From positions 80,771 through 144,770 of the forward strand of contig JAFODP010000015.1 in the NCBI GenBank assembly GCA_017380635.1: a DNA stretch of 64,000 nucleotides. The letters are read 5' to 3'. The notes under the pieces were generated by a model. That model had not been told where the DNA came from. It searched no databases and worked only from the letters and a program-made list of their open reading frames with translations. Below, piece after piece: positions 27,480 to 36,643 of this stretch (positions within the stretch are counted from its first letter, which is position 1; each line of letters begins with the position of its first letter). Made by a program: the position numbers and the translations under genes. The stretch is from Bacteroidales bacterium. GTDB taxonomy: Bacteria; Bacteroidota; Bacteroidia; Bacteroidales; UBA1402.

Positions 27480-30400
27480 ATGAACAAGAAAACCATTTTA
27501 TGTCTGCTTCTCATGTCTATAGGTATGTGTGCATGGGCAGCCGGCGTGAACGACATTCCGACCACTGCTAGCAATCCTTTTGATATGACAAAAGGTGAAT
27601 TGCATGGTTCTCGCGCTAGTTTTGGTAGCGATCATCACATCGATTGGATGTACAACGGCGACTATGCTGTGTACGAACTGAACAACACCATCGATGCCAA
27701 GTATTACGACATCAGTTTTGGCGTGGGCACTACACAACCTTCGGTGAGCATCACCTTTGCTTTGAAGGATGCATTGGGCAAGGAAGTGTGGAAGGGTACT
27801 TCTGAGATTGCCAACAATAACAATTGGAATGAATATGTTCCCTATTCGTTGCGTACCGGCGAACTGCCACAAGGGAAATACTCGCTCAACATTACTTTCA
27901 ACAGTGTGGGCGGTAATGGTACTACGGGAAATCTGAATCATATCGCTTTCACAGCCAAGGAAAAATTTGTCCCTGTAACGGTGGATAAACAGCCGGCCAC
28001 TGCTACTTTTGCTTTCGGCAGCGGTGAAGAAGGACAAGTGGCCACCTTGGGTCAGGCTGCTCAATATTTCAAGGCGACTTACGTGGAAGCCGGTGAAAAC
28101 TTGAATTGGGCCGGTCCGAAATCGGCCGGCGGTGTGGCTCAGACCGGTTTTCAGCCAACGCTCAATAACGAAGGCAGCGCCAACGACGGTAACCGCATCG
28201 ACTTTATGATTAATCCGCTGAACGGCTTGAGTTTCACACCTACCAAGATATCTTTCCAAACCACGCGTCACGGAACGGATGGCGGCAAGGTGGATGTTTC
28301 CTGGATTAATGCCAGCGGCAGTGTCGTTGATTTGCAAAAAGGTATTTCTCCTGCCCGTAACAATGCTTCTCCTGCCGTCAGCGATGTACTTTGTGAAGTG
28401 CCCAATGCCGAAGCAAGTTTTGGCCCCTGTGGTTTGCGTCTACATCTATATGGCTTGGGCAATACCAAAGTGGTGAGCTTTGCCAATATCGTTATTGAAG
28501 GGGTGGTGAACGGAACTTCCGAAGATGTGCCTCAATATAAATTGGTGGTCAATGTTGACGCCGCTGCTGCCGAATGTAAGATTTCTCCCGCTACCGATGA
28601 ATATTCCGAAGGTGACGAAATCAGCATTACCTTGAAAGAAAATTTTGGTTATCATTTCAAGGAATGGCAAGATGCTGCAGGCAAGATGGTTTCTACCGAA
28701 AATCCTTATACCTTTATTATTAAGGCCGATACGGAATTGAAAGCTGTTTTCGATAAGAAGGAAGTGTATGCGCTCAACCTGAAAATGATTGACGACCTCG
28801 ACAATGTGTATACTAACGCCAATATGGTAAGCGTATCGCCCGAAGGAAATGTGATAAACGGTGTGCATCATTACGAAGAAGGTACCGATGTCAAGCTCTT
28901 GGCCAACAATAACAAGATTCTGAGTTTTACTTCTTGGGAAGATGCTTCCACCAATGCAGAGCGCATTATTCGCATGGACGAAACTAAATCTGTGACTGCC
29001 AATTTCGCCGTGGCCGATTACATCGTAGCTTGGGACTTTTACAAGGATCAGCCCGGACAAGACCGTTCGGCCGATTATTATAGCAATCCTGAAAATCGAG
29101 GTATGTTGAGCCTGCATAATGCGCAAGGCAATAGCAGCGGCTGGTTGTCGCGTGGTGTGGGCAATGGTGCAGAAAACGGACGTTGGGCGGCCAGAATATG
29201 GAAACTTCGTTCGCAAGGATTGTACTTTGAAGCTTCTTTCTCTACGAAGGGATTTAGCAACGTGGTGGTTTACAACGCCTTGGGTGTGAATTATAATACT
29301 TACGCCAAGTTCCGTGCCGAATATTCGGTGGATGGACAGAACTACAACGCCTTGGGTACGGTGGATATGCCGAGCAATGGTTGGGTAGATTGTGAATGGC
29401 CTTTGCCTGCCGACGCCAACGAAAAAGACAGGGTTTATATCCGCTGGATGCCTGCTTCCGAAGATTTGGTGGGTAGCGCCACCGATTACGATGGTTTGGC
29501 TATTTCAGGCATTTATGTGATGGCTGAAAGTGCTCAGGCTTCGGACGATGTGGCTCCCGTTTTGATCAGCAGCAATCCGGCTGCTGGCGCCGAAGGCGCC
29601 AGCGCCAACGGTAGCGTGGTGCTTACTTTCGACGAACGCATCAAGGCCGGTCAGGGTCAGGCAACTTTGAATGGCGAAGCGCTTCAGGTTCAGGTGAATG
29701 GCAAGACGGCAGTCTTCCCTTACGCAGCGCTCGATTATGGCAAGGAATACACTTTCCAATTGCCGGCCGGCCTCATTTGCGACCGCAGCGGCAATGCTTT
29801 CGCCGGATTGACGCTCAGCTTCACGACCATGCAACGCTCTCAACCGCAGCCGAAAGTGTTTGATGCTGTGATTGCTGCCGATGGCTCTGGCGATTTTACT
29901 TCGGTGCAATCTGCCATCGATGCTGCGCCCGCAGGTAGAGCAACGCCATGGCTTATCTTCATCAAGAATGGTGAATACAAAGGTCACGTGAACATTCCTG
30001 CCAACAAACCTTATCTTCACTTTATCGGTCAGGAACGCGACAAGGTAATCATCACCGACGACCGTCTTTGCGGCGGCGACAATGCGGTGCATGTCAGTGT
30101 GGGCGCTACCGTTGTGGTGAATGCCAACGACTGTTATTTCGACAACCTGACGCTGGAAAATTCTTGGGGACACGACAAGCAGGCCGGTCCGCAGGCTTTA
30201 GCCCTGAACACCAGTGGCGACCGTACCATCTTCAAAAATGTGGCCATGTTGTCGTATCAAGATACTTGGATTACGCCATCAACTTCCAACTATCGCGTGT
30301 ATGCCAAGGATTGCTTCATCGAAGGCGCTGTGGATTTTATCTACAATAGCGGAAATATTTACATCGACAACACCACCTTGTATATCAACCGTAAGAGTGG

Positions 30401-31187
30401 CGGTTACATTGTGGCACCTTCACATGCTTCCGATGTAAAATGGGGTTATGTCTTTATGAATTGTCGTATCACGGCTCCCGGAAATCCTGCCGAAACAGAT
30501 GTTTGGTTGGGTCGTCCCTGGCATAATAGTCCGAAGACTGTCTTTATCAATACCATTGCCGAAGTGACCATTCCTGCTAAAGGTTGGTATCCTACCATGG
30601 GCGGTCTGCCGGTGCTTTGGGCCGATTATAACACCATGGATGCCAACGGAAATCCTGTGGATTTGAGTCAGCGTGAAGATACCTATTATTATACCAAGGA
30701 CGATGGTAGCAAGGTTTATGGCAAGGCCAAGAATTACCTGACGGCCGAAGAAGCTGCCCAATACACGGTGAAAAATGTGCTGAGTGGTTCCGACAACTGG
30801 CAACCTGCTCTGATGACGGAGTCTTGCGCCAATCCCGAAGTGCGCATCAATGCCGGCCATTTGGAATGGGAAGCTGTGCCATACGCTATCTGTTATCTGG
30901 TGAGCCGCAACGGCGAAGTGCTGGGCTTCACCACAGATTGTAGCTATCCTTACGAAGATGGTTATCAGTATAAAGTGCAGGCAGTCAACGAGTATGGTAG
31001 CTTGTCGGGTGCAGGAAAGCAATCTCAGCCCGATGCTTTGCCTCAGGTGCAAGAAACGCAATCTGCTCAAGTATTGGCCATTTACACTTTGGGTGGCGTA
31101 GAAGTAAAAGAATTGCAAGAAGGTCTTAATATAGTTAAAATGATGGATGCCGACAACAAGATTGTTTATCGCAAAATAATGAAGTAA
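27480..31187 (+). CDS. Multidomain pectin methylesterase (CE8) with a CBM-like N-terminus, B-repeats, an Ig-like domain and a probable T9SS C-terminal domain
   Basis: Signal peptide. CE8 motifs DGSGDFTSVQSAI, QALAL, YQDT, VDFIY and LGRPW. C-terminal IYTLGG...GLNIVK...RKIMK. Confidence 0.88.
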   Translation: MNKKTILCLLLMSIGMCAWAAGVNDIPTTASNPFDMTKGELHGSRASFGSDHHIDWMYNGDYAVYELNNTIDAKYYDISFGVGTTQPSVSITFALKDALGKEVWKGTSEIANNNNWNEYVPYSLRTGELPQGKYSLNITFNSVGGNGTTGNLNHIAFTAKEKFVPVTVDKQPATATFAFGSGEEGQVATLGQAAQYFKATYVEAGENLNWAGPKSAGGVAQTGFQPTLNNEGSANDGNRIDFMINPLNGLSFTPTKISFQTTRHGTDGGKVDVSWINASGSVVDLQKGISPARNNASPAVSDVLCEVPNAEASFGPCGLRLHLYGLGNTKVVSFANIVIEGVVNGTSEDVPQYKLVVNVDAAAAECKISPATDEYSEGDEISITLKENFGYHFKEWQDAAGKMVSTENPYTFIIKADTELKAVFDKKEVYALNLKMIDDLDNVYTNANMVSVSPEGNVINGVHHYEEGTDVKLLANNNKILSFTSWEDASTNAERIIRMDETKSVTANFAVADYIVAWDFYKDQPGQDRSADYYSNPENRGMLSLHNAQGNSSGWLSRGVGNGAENGRWAARIWKLRSQGLYFEASFSTKGFSNVVVYNALGVNYNTYAKFRAEYSVDGQNYNALGTVDMPSNGWVDCEWPLPADANEKDRVYIRWMPASEDLVGSATDYDGLAISGIYVMAESAQASDDVAPVLISSNPAAGAEGASANGSVVLTFDERIKAGQGQATLNGEALQVQVNGKTAVFPYAALDYGKEYTFQLPAGLICDRSGNAFAGLTLSFTTMQRSQPQPKVFDAVIAADGSGDFTSVQSAIDAAPAGRATPWLIFIKNGEYKGHVNIPANKPYLHFIGQERDKVIITDDRLCGGDNAVHVSVGATVVVNANDCYFDNLTLENSWGHDKQAGPQALALNTSGDRTIFKNVAMLSYQDTWITPSTSNYRVYAKDCFIEGAVDFIYNSGNIYIDNTTLYINRKSGGYIVAPSHASDVKWGYVFMNCRITAPGNPAETDVWLGRPWHNSPKTVFINTIAEVTIPAKGWYPTMGGLPVLWADYNTMDANGNPVDLSQREDTYYYTKDDGSKVYGKAKNYLTAEEAAQYTVKNVLSGSDNWQPALMTESCANPEVRINAGHLEWEAVPYAICYLVSRNGEVLGFTTDCSYPYEDGYQYKVQAVNEYGSLSGAGKQSQPDALPQVQETQSAQVLAIYTLGGVEVKELQEGLNIVKMMDADNKIVYRKIMK

Positions 31188-31209
31188 TTCTTTCAGATTG
31201 CCCATAGAT

Positions 31210-31245
31210 AAAAGCCCGAGAGTCAAGTACGATTTTCGGGCTTTT
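31210..31245 (+). terminator. Rho-independent terminator
   Basis: aaaagcccgagagtc...gattttcgggctttt. Confidence 0.7.
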
Positions 31246-31344
31246 GTGTTTCATTTCGCCATCTCTGTGAATTTAGGAATTAAATTGTTAATTATTTTGA
31301 AATCGGTATGAATTGTTAAATTTGACTTTTATATTTGTGCCGCT

Positions 31345-32907
31345 ATGAAAAAGTCTACTATCTGGTTGCTTATCTTGATTCTGGTTGTGGTGTTTGTTGC
31401 ATTGATAGGCGTAGAAATTTCCTACATGCGCTCGCTTATCACCATCCATACCAACGATTTTGACGGAGCTGTTCATCGCAGCCTCGCCCGTGTTGCGTAT
31501 TTTTTGGAACGTGACGAAACACAGCGCTATCTCGATTTGGAATTGGAAGAACGCGACCGTCGCATGTTGGATGCACAATCCAGTATGAGAAAATGGACGC
31601 TTGTGCCGCCCAGCTCTGTCGATGCCGATTCTATTCCTTTCGATATCACCTTATTGGCTAATCCGGCTTTTTATTCCTATTTGACGCAAATGCCCGAGGA
31701 TGACGATTTGGATCCCGAAAGAAAAGGCATCAGCCTGGAAGATGTAATGACCAGCGAAGACCTGAAAGACAAATATCTACGACAAAAAGATCTTTTGAAC
31801 GATGTGGTATTGCGCGTGCTGCATCAAGCCAGCAATCGTCCGGTAGAACAGCGCGTCGATTTTGCGCAGTTGCAGGCTTATCTCGATGCCGAGTTGGATA
31901 TGCAGGGCTTGTCGTCGGTGCCTTATCATTATGTGGTAGAAAATAAGTTGGGCGAAGTGGTGTACATCAGCGAAGATTTCGAAGATTATTACGATGGCTT
32001 CGATCAATTCAACTATCGTCAGGATTTGTTTATCAACGACCCAGGCTACGTATATCCCACTATTTATGTGTGGTTTCCTACCCGCGACCAATATCGACAT
32101 ACGCCGCTGGGTATTTTTATTCCGACCTTGGCATTGAGTCTTTTATTGTTGGTTCTTTCGGGGTTAGTGGTGAACAGCTTTCTTCGTCAGAAGAGTTATT
32201 CCGATATGAAGAGCGACTTTATCAGCAATATGACCCACGAGTTGAAAACACCGGTATCTTGTATTTCATTGGCTTCGCAGATGCTTTCCGACAAGGATGT
32301 GGCCAAATCGCCGGCCGTCATGGAGCATATCACTACAGTAATCAGCGACGAAAGTAAGCGTTTGAGCATGTTGGTGGAAAAAGTGTTGCAACTGTCGATG
32401 TTTTCTAAAAACGAAAACAAAACCATCAACTTTAAGAATCTGGATTTGCATGAGGTGGTAGACGTGGTGGTACAGACTTTCAAACTGAAAGTGGAACAGT
32501 CGGGAGGCTTTCTTGAAACCGATTTGGGCGCCGAACAAAATTGTGTGCTCGCCGATGAAATGCATATCACCAACGTGTTGTTCAATCTTTTGGATAATGC
32601 CATGAAATATAGCAGCGAAGAAAGATCTTTACATTTGAAAATCACAACCAGCAATCTTGACGATGGAAAATCTTTGCTCTTGTCTATCGAAGACAATGGC
32701 ATCGGCATCGCCAAAGAAGATTTGAAGAAGATATTCGATCGTTTCTTCCGTGTACAAAAAGGCAACGTGCACAATGTGAAGGGTTTCGGCTTAGGCTTGT
32801 CGTATGTGCAGATGATTATTCATAAACATCGTGGCACGATAGCCGCCGAAAGTGAATTAGGAAAAGGAACAACATTCAATATTATTTTACCTACTATTAA
32901 AAATTAA
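31345..32907 (+). CDS. rprX: Sensor histidine kinase (RprX-like)
   Basis: Two transmembrane segments, H-box SNMTHELKTP, N-box NLLDNAMKY, DNGIG and GFGLGL. Confidence 0.88.
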   Translation: MKKSTIWLLILILVVVFVALIGVEISYMRSLITIHTNDFDGAVHRSLARVAYFLERDETQRYLDLELEERDRRMLDAQSSMRKWTLVPPSSVDADSIPFDITLLANPAFYSYLTQMPEDDDLDPERKGISLEDVMTSEDLKDKYLRQKDLLNDVVLRVLHQASNRPVEQRVDFAQLQAYLDAELDMQGLSSVPYHYVVENKLGEVVYISEDFEDYYDGFDQFNYRQDLFINDPGYVYPTIYVWFPTRDQYRHTPLGIFIPTLALSLLLLVLSGLVVNSFLRQKSYSDMKSDFISNMTHELKTPVSCISLASQMLSDKDVAKSPAVMEHITTVISDESKRLSMLVEKVLQLSMFSKNENKTINFKNLDLHEVVDVVVQTFKLKVEQSGGFLETDLGAEQNCVLADEMHITNVLFNLLDNAMKYSSEERSLHLKITTSNLDDGKSLLLSIEDNGIGIAKEDLKKIFDRFFRVQKGNVHNVKGFGLGLSYVQMIIHKHRGTIAAESELGKGTTFNIILPTIKN

Positions 32908-32912
32908 CAACT

Positions 32913-33617
32913 ATGACAGAAGAAAAATTGCACATCATGTTGTGCGAAGACGACAGCAATCTGGGCTTCCTACTCAGCGAGTATTTGCAGGCAAAGGGTT
33001 ACGATGTGGATCTTTTGTCTGATGGAGAGCAAGGTTACGAAGCTTTTCAGAAGAAAAAGTATGATATGTGTATCCTTGATGTGATGATGCCTAAGAAAGA
33101 TGGTTATACCTTGGCGCAGGATATCCGTTTGATGAATGCCGACGTGCCCATTATCTTTTTGACTGCCAAGAACCTAAAAGACGATATTCTGAAAGGTTTC
33201 AAGCTGGGTGCCGACGATTATATTACCAAACCCTTCAGCATGGAAGAGTTGATTTTCCGTATGGAAGCCATCAGTCGTCGTGTAAAGGGAACGAAAAACA
33301 AGGATGTTACTTCTTATCGTGTGGGCAGCCTTACCTTCGATACTCCCAAGCAGACGCTCAGCCTGGAAAATGGCGAAGTGATCCGTCTCACTACCAAGGA
33401 ATGCGAATTGCTCAGTTTGCTTTGCAGTCACCAAAACCAGATTCTGGAACGTAACTATGCCTTGATGACCATTTGGGGCGAAAATACCTATTTCAACGCC
33501 CGAAGCATGGACGTGTACATCACCAAATTGCGTAAGCACCTGAAAGCCGATCCTAACGTTCAGATTATGAACATCCACGGTAAGGGCTACAAACTGGTGG
33601 TGCCCGAACAGAAATAA
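32913..33617 (+). CDS. rprY: OmpR-family response regulator (RprY-like)
   Basis: EDD, LDVMMP, GADDYITKPF and winged helix RSMDVYITKLRKHL...HGKGYKL. Confidence 0.9.
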   Translation: MTEEKLHIMLCEDDSNLGFLLSEYLQAKGYDVDLLSDGEQGYEAFQKKKYDMCILDVMMPKKDGYTLAQDIRLMNADVPIIFLTAKNLKDDILKGFKLGADDYITKPFSMEELIFRMEAISRRVKGTKNKDVTSYRVGSLTFDTPKQTLSLENGEVIRLTTKECELLSLLCSHQNQILERNYALMTIWGENTYFNARSMDVYITKLRKHLKADPNVQIMNIHGKGYKLVVPEQK

Positions 33618-33640
33618 GAACTGTCTTGATAATGAACAGC

Positions 33641-33675
33641 GCGGCCGGCTAAAGTACTTTAGCCGGCCGCTTTTC
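33641..33675. terminator. Perfect 30-bp palindrome, terminator between convergent genes
   Basis: gcggccggctaaagtactttagccggccgc followed by tttt. Confidence 0.75.
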
Positions 33676-33703
33676 TTGTTACACCTGGTAATGAATTAGA
33701 TGG

Positions 33704-35434
33704 TTATTTCACCAGTCGAGATGTGATATGACGACGGAAAATACTATCTTCACCAAAAGCATCAATTTTTTCATTGATTGCTTGAAGACGTTCAATCGGT
33801 GTGAGATTGGGTTGTTCGTCAGTTGTATCTTCTTGCAGAGTCATTGAACCGGATCCCATAACTGGAATATATTCATCCCAATGAACGGGAACATCATAAT
33901 AATTACCATTACTACAATATTTGGACACGTAATCTATGCGAGGCTCTGCACGATAGCCATAGGCACGAACCTTAACTTCGACGCTTCCATCATCCTTACG
34001 CTCTTCTGAGGTTTTAAGGATGCAATGTGTAGCACAGCTTGGATCTGCAAATTTATCCTCACCCCAGAAGTTTGCGAGAGACTCATGTTCCCAATACGTA
34101 CTCTGACGAGGCATATCGGTGCCATAGATGGCGGATACAGGACGGATTTGTTGATACATGGGAATACTGAGCAATGGTGCAAATGCAAAGTAAATAGCTC
34201 TAAAGTTTTCACAAGTTGTTTCAAGGAACACCTGCTTTGCTTTATCGTAATTACTGCTCCAGAACATGCGTGGATTCATGTCAAGCGGAAGGTCTTGCAT
34301 ATGTCCGGCTGTAAGCGTATTCATCTTACGATGTTTCATGAATTGGAAGTTGTCTCCATAACCCAACTCTTTATCACGAATGATTTTAATCATATTTTCT
34401 TGTGCCAAGGGAGTGAATAACAAGAAATATTGTTGGTTATTGTTACGGTTGGTAGTGGTGAACAGAACTTCAAACTCTTCGTTGGTAGCCATTGCAAAGT
34501 CGTTCTTAAGGTCACGAGAAAATTTCTCAATTTCTTTAAGTTTGCGTTTATAGGCACGAGAATCAACTTCTAATTTGTCATCGTTTGTATCTCTGGTAAA
34601 GTTGAGGTCGGGTGCGGCATCGTTACCATAGATTAGGCGAGTCTTTTCGTAGTATTCCGGATAGGGCTTATGAACACTAGCGCGAAGAGTTTCGCTATGA
34701 TTGCGTTCGTGTCTTTTGCCTTCGGAGTCAATCTCAACTGTTTTCCATTTTACAGTTAATTCTCCTTTGTATTCTTTGGTTCCCATTTCCATTTTTCGTG
34801 TACGTGCAATGACAAATGGATTTCCATTGATGAGACCGCTATGAGAGTAAATAACTGAACGTTCTTTGCTGAAATTTTCATCCCATCCGTAACTATTAAC
34901 AAGATCTGCTAAACGCTGGCTGGTAAAATATGGGTCAAATTCGAGACGAGGAACCGTTTGCGTCATCATACGATTGAATACGTCCCAATCGTACAGTCGG
35001 TTAAGAGGAGCCATCATATCCCAAGCTTCCTGTTCCTTGTTCTTGATGAGTGTCTCTTGTTCATTTTTTATCGACTTGTACTTCTTGATGATAGGATGTA
35101 TCTTCCAAAATAATAGTACGAGCATTGATACACATCCAACAATGCACAATGTTGGGATTAACCAGCCATTTTTAAAGCCATCAGCAATGCAAATGATTAC
35201 ACAGACTGCTGCTACAATCCACATAAAAATACATAGCGCGGTCCATAGTTTTAAGGTTTTAGCTGTTTTCTTGTTGTTTGTCTGAATGTCTTGTATTTCT
35301 ACACATAAGGCCCTGTTTTCTTCAGGATTTACACCAGAAGCGGAGGTCAGTTCCTCAAATGTTTTTTCTGCAATTTCGCGAAATTTTTCTTTATATGCCT
35401 GGAATTGTTCCAAGGGACTTAAAATATCTTCCAT
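33704..35434 (-). CDS. Membrane-anchored hypothetical protein (MAG1210-like), partner of LemA
   Basis: Coiled-coil N-terminus, two transmembrane helices and a large soluble domain (SGLINGNPF, EFEVLF...RNNNQQYFLLFTPLAQ). AT-richer codon usage than the flanks. The family name is from recollection. Confidence 0.75.
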   Translation of the reverse strand: MEDILSPLEQFQAYKEKFREIAEKTFEELTSASGVNPEENRALCVEIQDIQTNNKKTAKTLKLWTALCIFMWIVAAVCVIICIADGFKNGWLIPTLCIVGCVSMLVLLFWKIHPIIKKYKSIKNEQETLIKNKEQEAWDMMAPLNRLYDWDVFNRMMTQTVPRLEFDPYFTSQRLADLVNSYGWDENFSKERSVIYSHSGLINGNPFVIARTRKMEMGTKEYKGELTVKWKTVEIDSEGKRHERNHSETLRASVHKPYPEYYEKTRLIYGNDAAPDLNFTRDTNDDKLEVDSRAYKRKLKEIEKFSRDLKNDFAMATNEEFEVLFTTTNRNNNQQYFLLFTPLAQENMIKIIRDKELGYGDNFQFMKHRKMNTLTAGHMQDLPLDMNPRMFWSSNYDKAKQVFLETTCENFRAIYFAFAPLLSIPMYQQIRPVSAIYGTDMPRQSTYWEHESLANFWGEDKFADPSCATHCILKTSEERKDDGSVEVKVRAYGYRAEPRIDYVSKYCSNGNYYDVPVHWDEYIPVMGSGSMTLQEDTTDEQPNLTPIERLQAINEKIDAFGEDSIFRRHITSRLVK

Positions 35435-35457
35435 AACTCTATCAAATTTAGGGGCGA

Positions 35458-36183
35458 TTAAAAGAAATTACTTCTGGCTCGTTGTTTTGTCTCTGCTGAG
35501 GCAATGAATGGAATGCGGGTGGTGTATCGCTGTTTAGCAGCCACGATTTGTTTTGCGGGCCAATCGAATATGTCTCGGTTCCACTGATTTACACGATTGT
35601 TATAAACCGTACGAGCTGCTGTTATTTCGCGTTGGAGATAACTGTTCTGCTGTATGGCATCTGCAATTCCTTGATGAGATTTTAATTCCGGATAAGCTTC
35701 TACCTGCGGAAATAAACGTCCAGCCAATGAATCAACTTGAGAAGACATCGTATTTCGATCTTCACCTTGTTGTATACCGCTGCGAAGTCCTGCAACGCTT
35801 TTCATCACATCTTTGTCAAGTTCAATTGCACGATTAATCAATGATGCAAGATTCTCGAGAATAACTACACGTTGTTCGATGTAGTTGTCAATAGTCGAAG
35901 CATCGGCATTTATCCTTTGTTCAAGTTGTTGGAGGTAGTTCTCTGCCTTCATTTTGATATAAAGCCAGATAAGTCCGGGTACAATACCGGCTGCTGCAAT
36001 GAACCAAGTTTCTCCGGTTAGCCAAGGGATGAGAACTGCAATTGCGATAGGAACCACCCATAAACAAATTTCAAAGATAGTGGTCCCTACACCCACTGTT
36101 ACAGGTAGTTGTTTGTCAATGACATTGATGTCATGACCTGCGGCGTTAACAGGGCCTGTTTTTTCGTCTAATAAATTAGCCAT
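35458..36183 (-). CDS. lemA: LemA family protein
   Basis: Transmembrane N-terminus, IDNYIEQR, VEAYPELKS, EITAARTVYNNRVNQWN and WPAKQIVA. Confidence 0.85.
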   Translation of the reverse strand: MANLLDEKTGPVNAAGHDINVIDKQLPVTVGVGTTIFEICLWVVPIAIAVLIPWLTGETWFIAAAGIVPGLIWLYIKMKAENYLQQLEQRINADASTIDNYIEQRVVILENLASLINRAIELDKDVMKSVAGLRSGIQQGEDRNTMSSQVDSLAGRLFPQVEAYPELKSHQGIADAIQQNSYLQREITAARTVYNNRVNQWNRDIFDWPAKQIVAAKQRYTTRIPFIASAETKQRARSNFF

Positions 36184-36189
36184 AATAAT

Positions 36190-36460
36190 ACATTTATTCC
36201 GGTATCAGTCCCCACTACCGGAGTTGATAAAGAAAGCGTGGGACTATATGCCCACGTCTTAATGTACAGGCCCTGAGAAAACCTTTGGAAACAGATGTAG
36301 GAATAACAGCCCCACGCAAACACGTGGAGACCATTATGACACTTCTCTTGTTTCCATTGTTTGTGAAGTTTCTCAGGCTTCGTACATACAAGATAAGAGC
36401 ATAACGCCTCAATATTTTCGAATGTCTTGGAATGTATGCGTCATTCCAAGTGCAATGATA
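36190..36460 (-). ncRNA. Putative structured 5' leader / cis-regulatory RNA upstream of lemA
   Basis: At least six complementary stem pairs within ~270 nt, downstream of a near-consensus -7 box (TATCATTG, 36453-36460). Confidence 0.55.
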
Positions 36461-36559
36461 AGCAAAAAATATGAAAATAAATTTACATTAGGTAATATAT
36501 TTAAATAATTAAGAACATCATCATATAGGTTTGCATATGTCCGTCTATGAAAATAATGA

Positions 36560-36593
36560 CTGGCTAAAAAGTCAAATTTAACTCTTTAGCCAG
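36560..36593 (-). terminator. Hairpin downstream of the SusC/D operon
   Basis: ctggctaaa...tttagccag inverted repeat. Confidence 0.5.
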
Positions 36594-36643
36594 CCTTATG
36601 TGTAGATGCACCTATCAAAAGAATTGGTGGCAGTCTTTGTATA

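Noticed and set aside
36215-36412. 65-aa ORF inside the lemA leader
   Set aside because: It has a non-ATG start, no family features, and overlaps a densely base-paired region. A leader peptide cannot be fully excluded but is unsupported.
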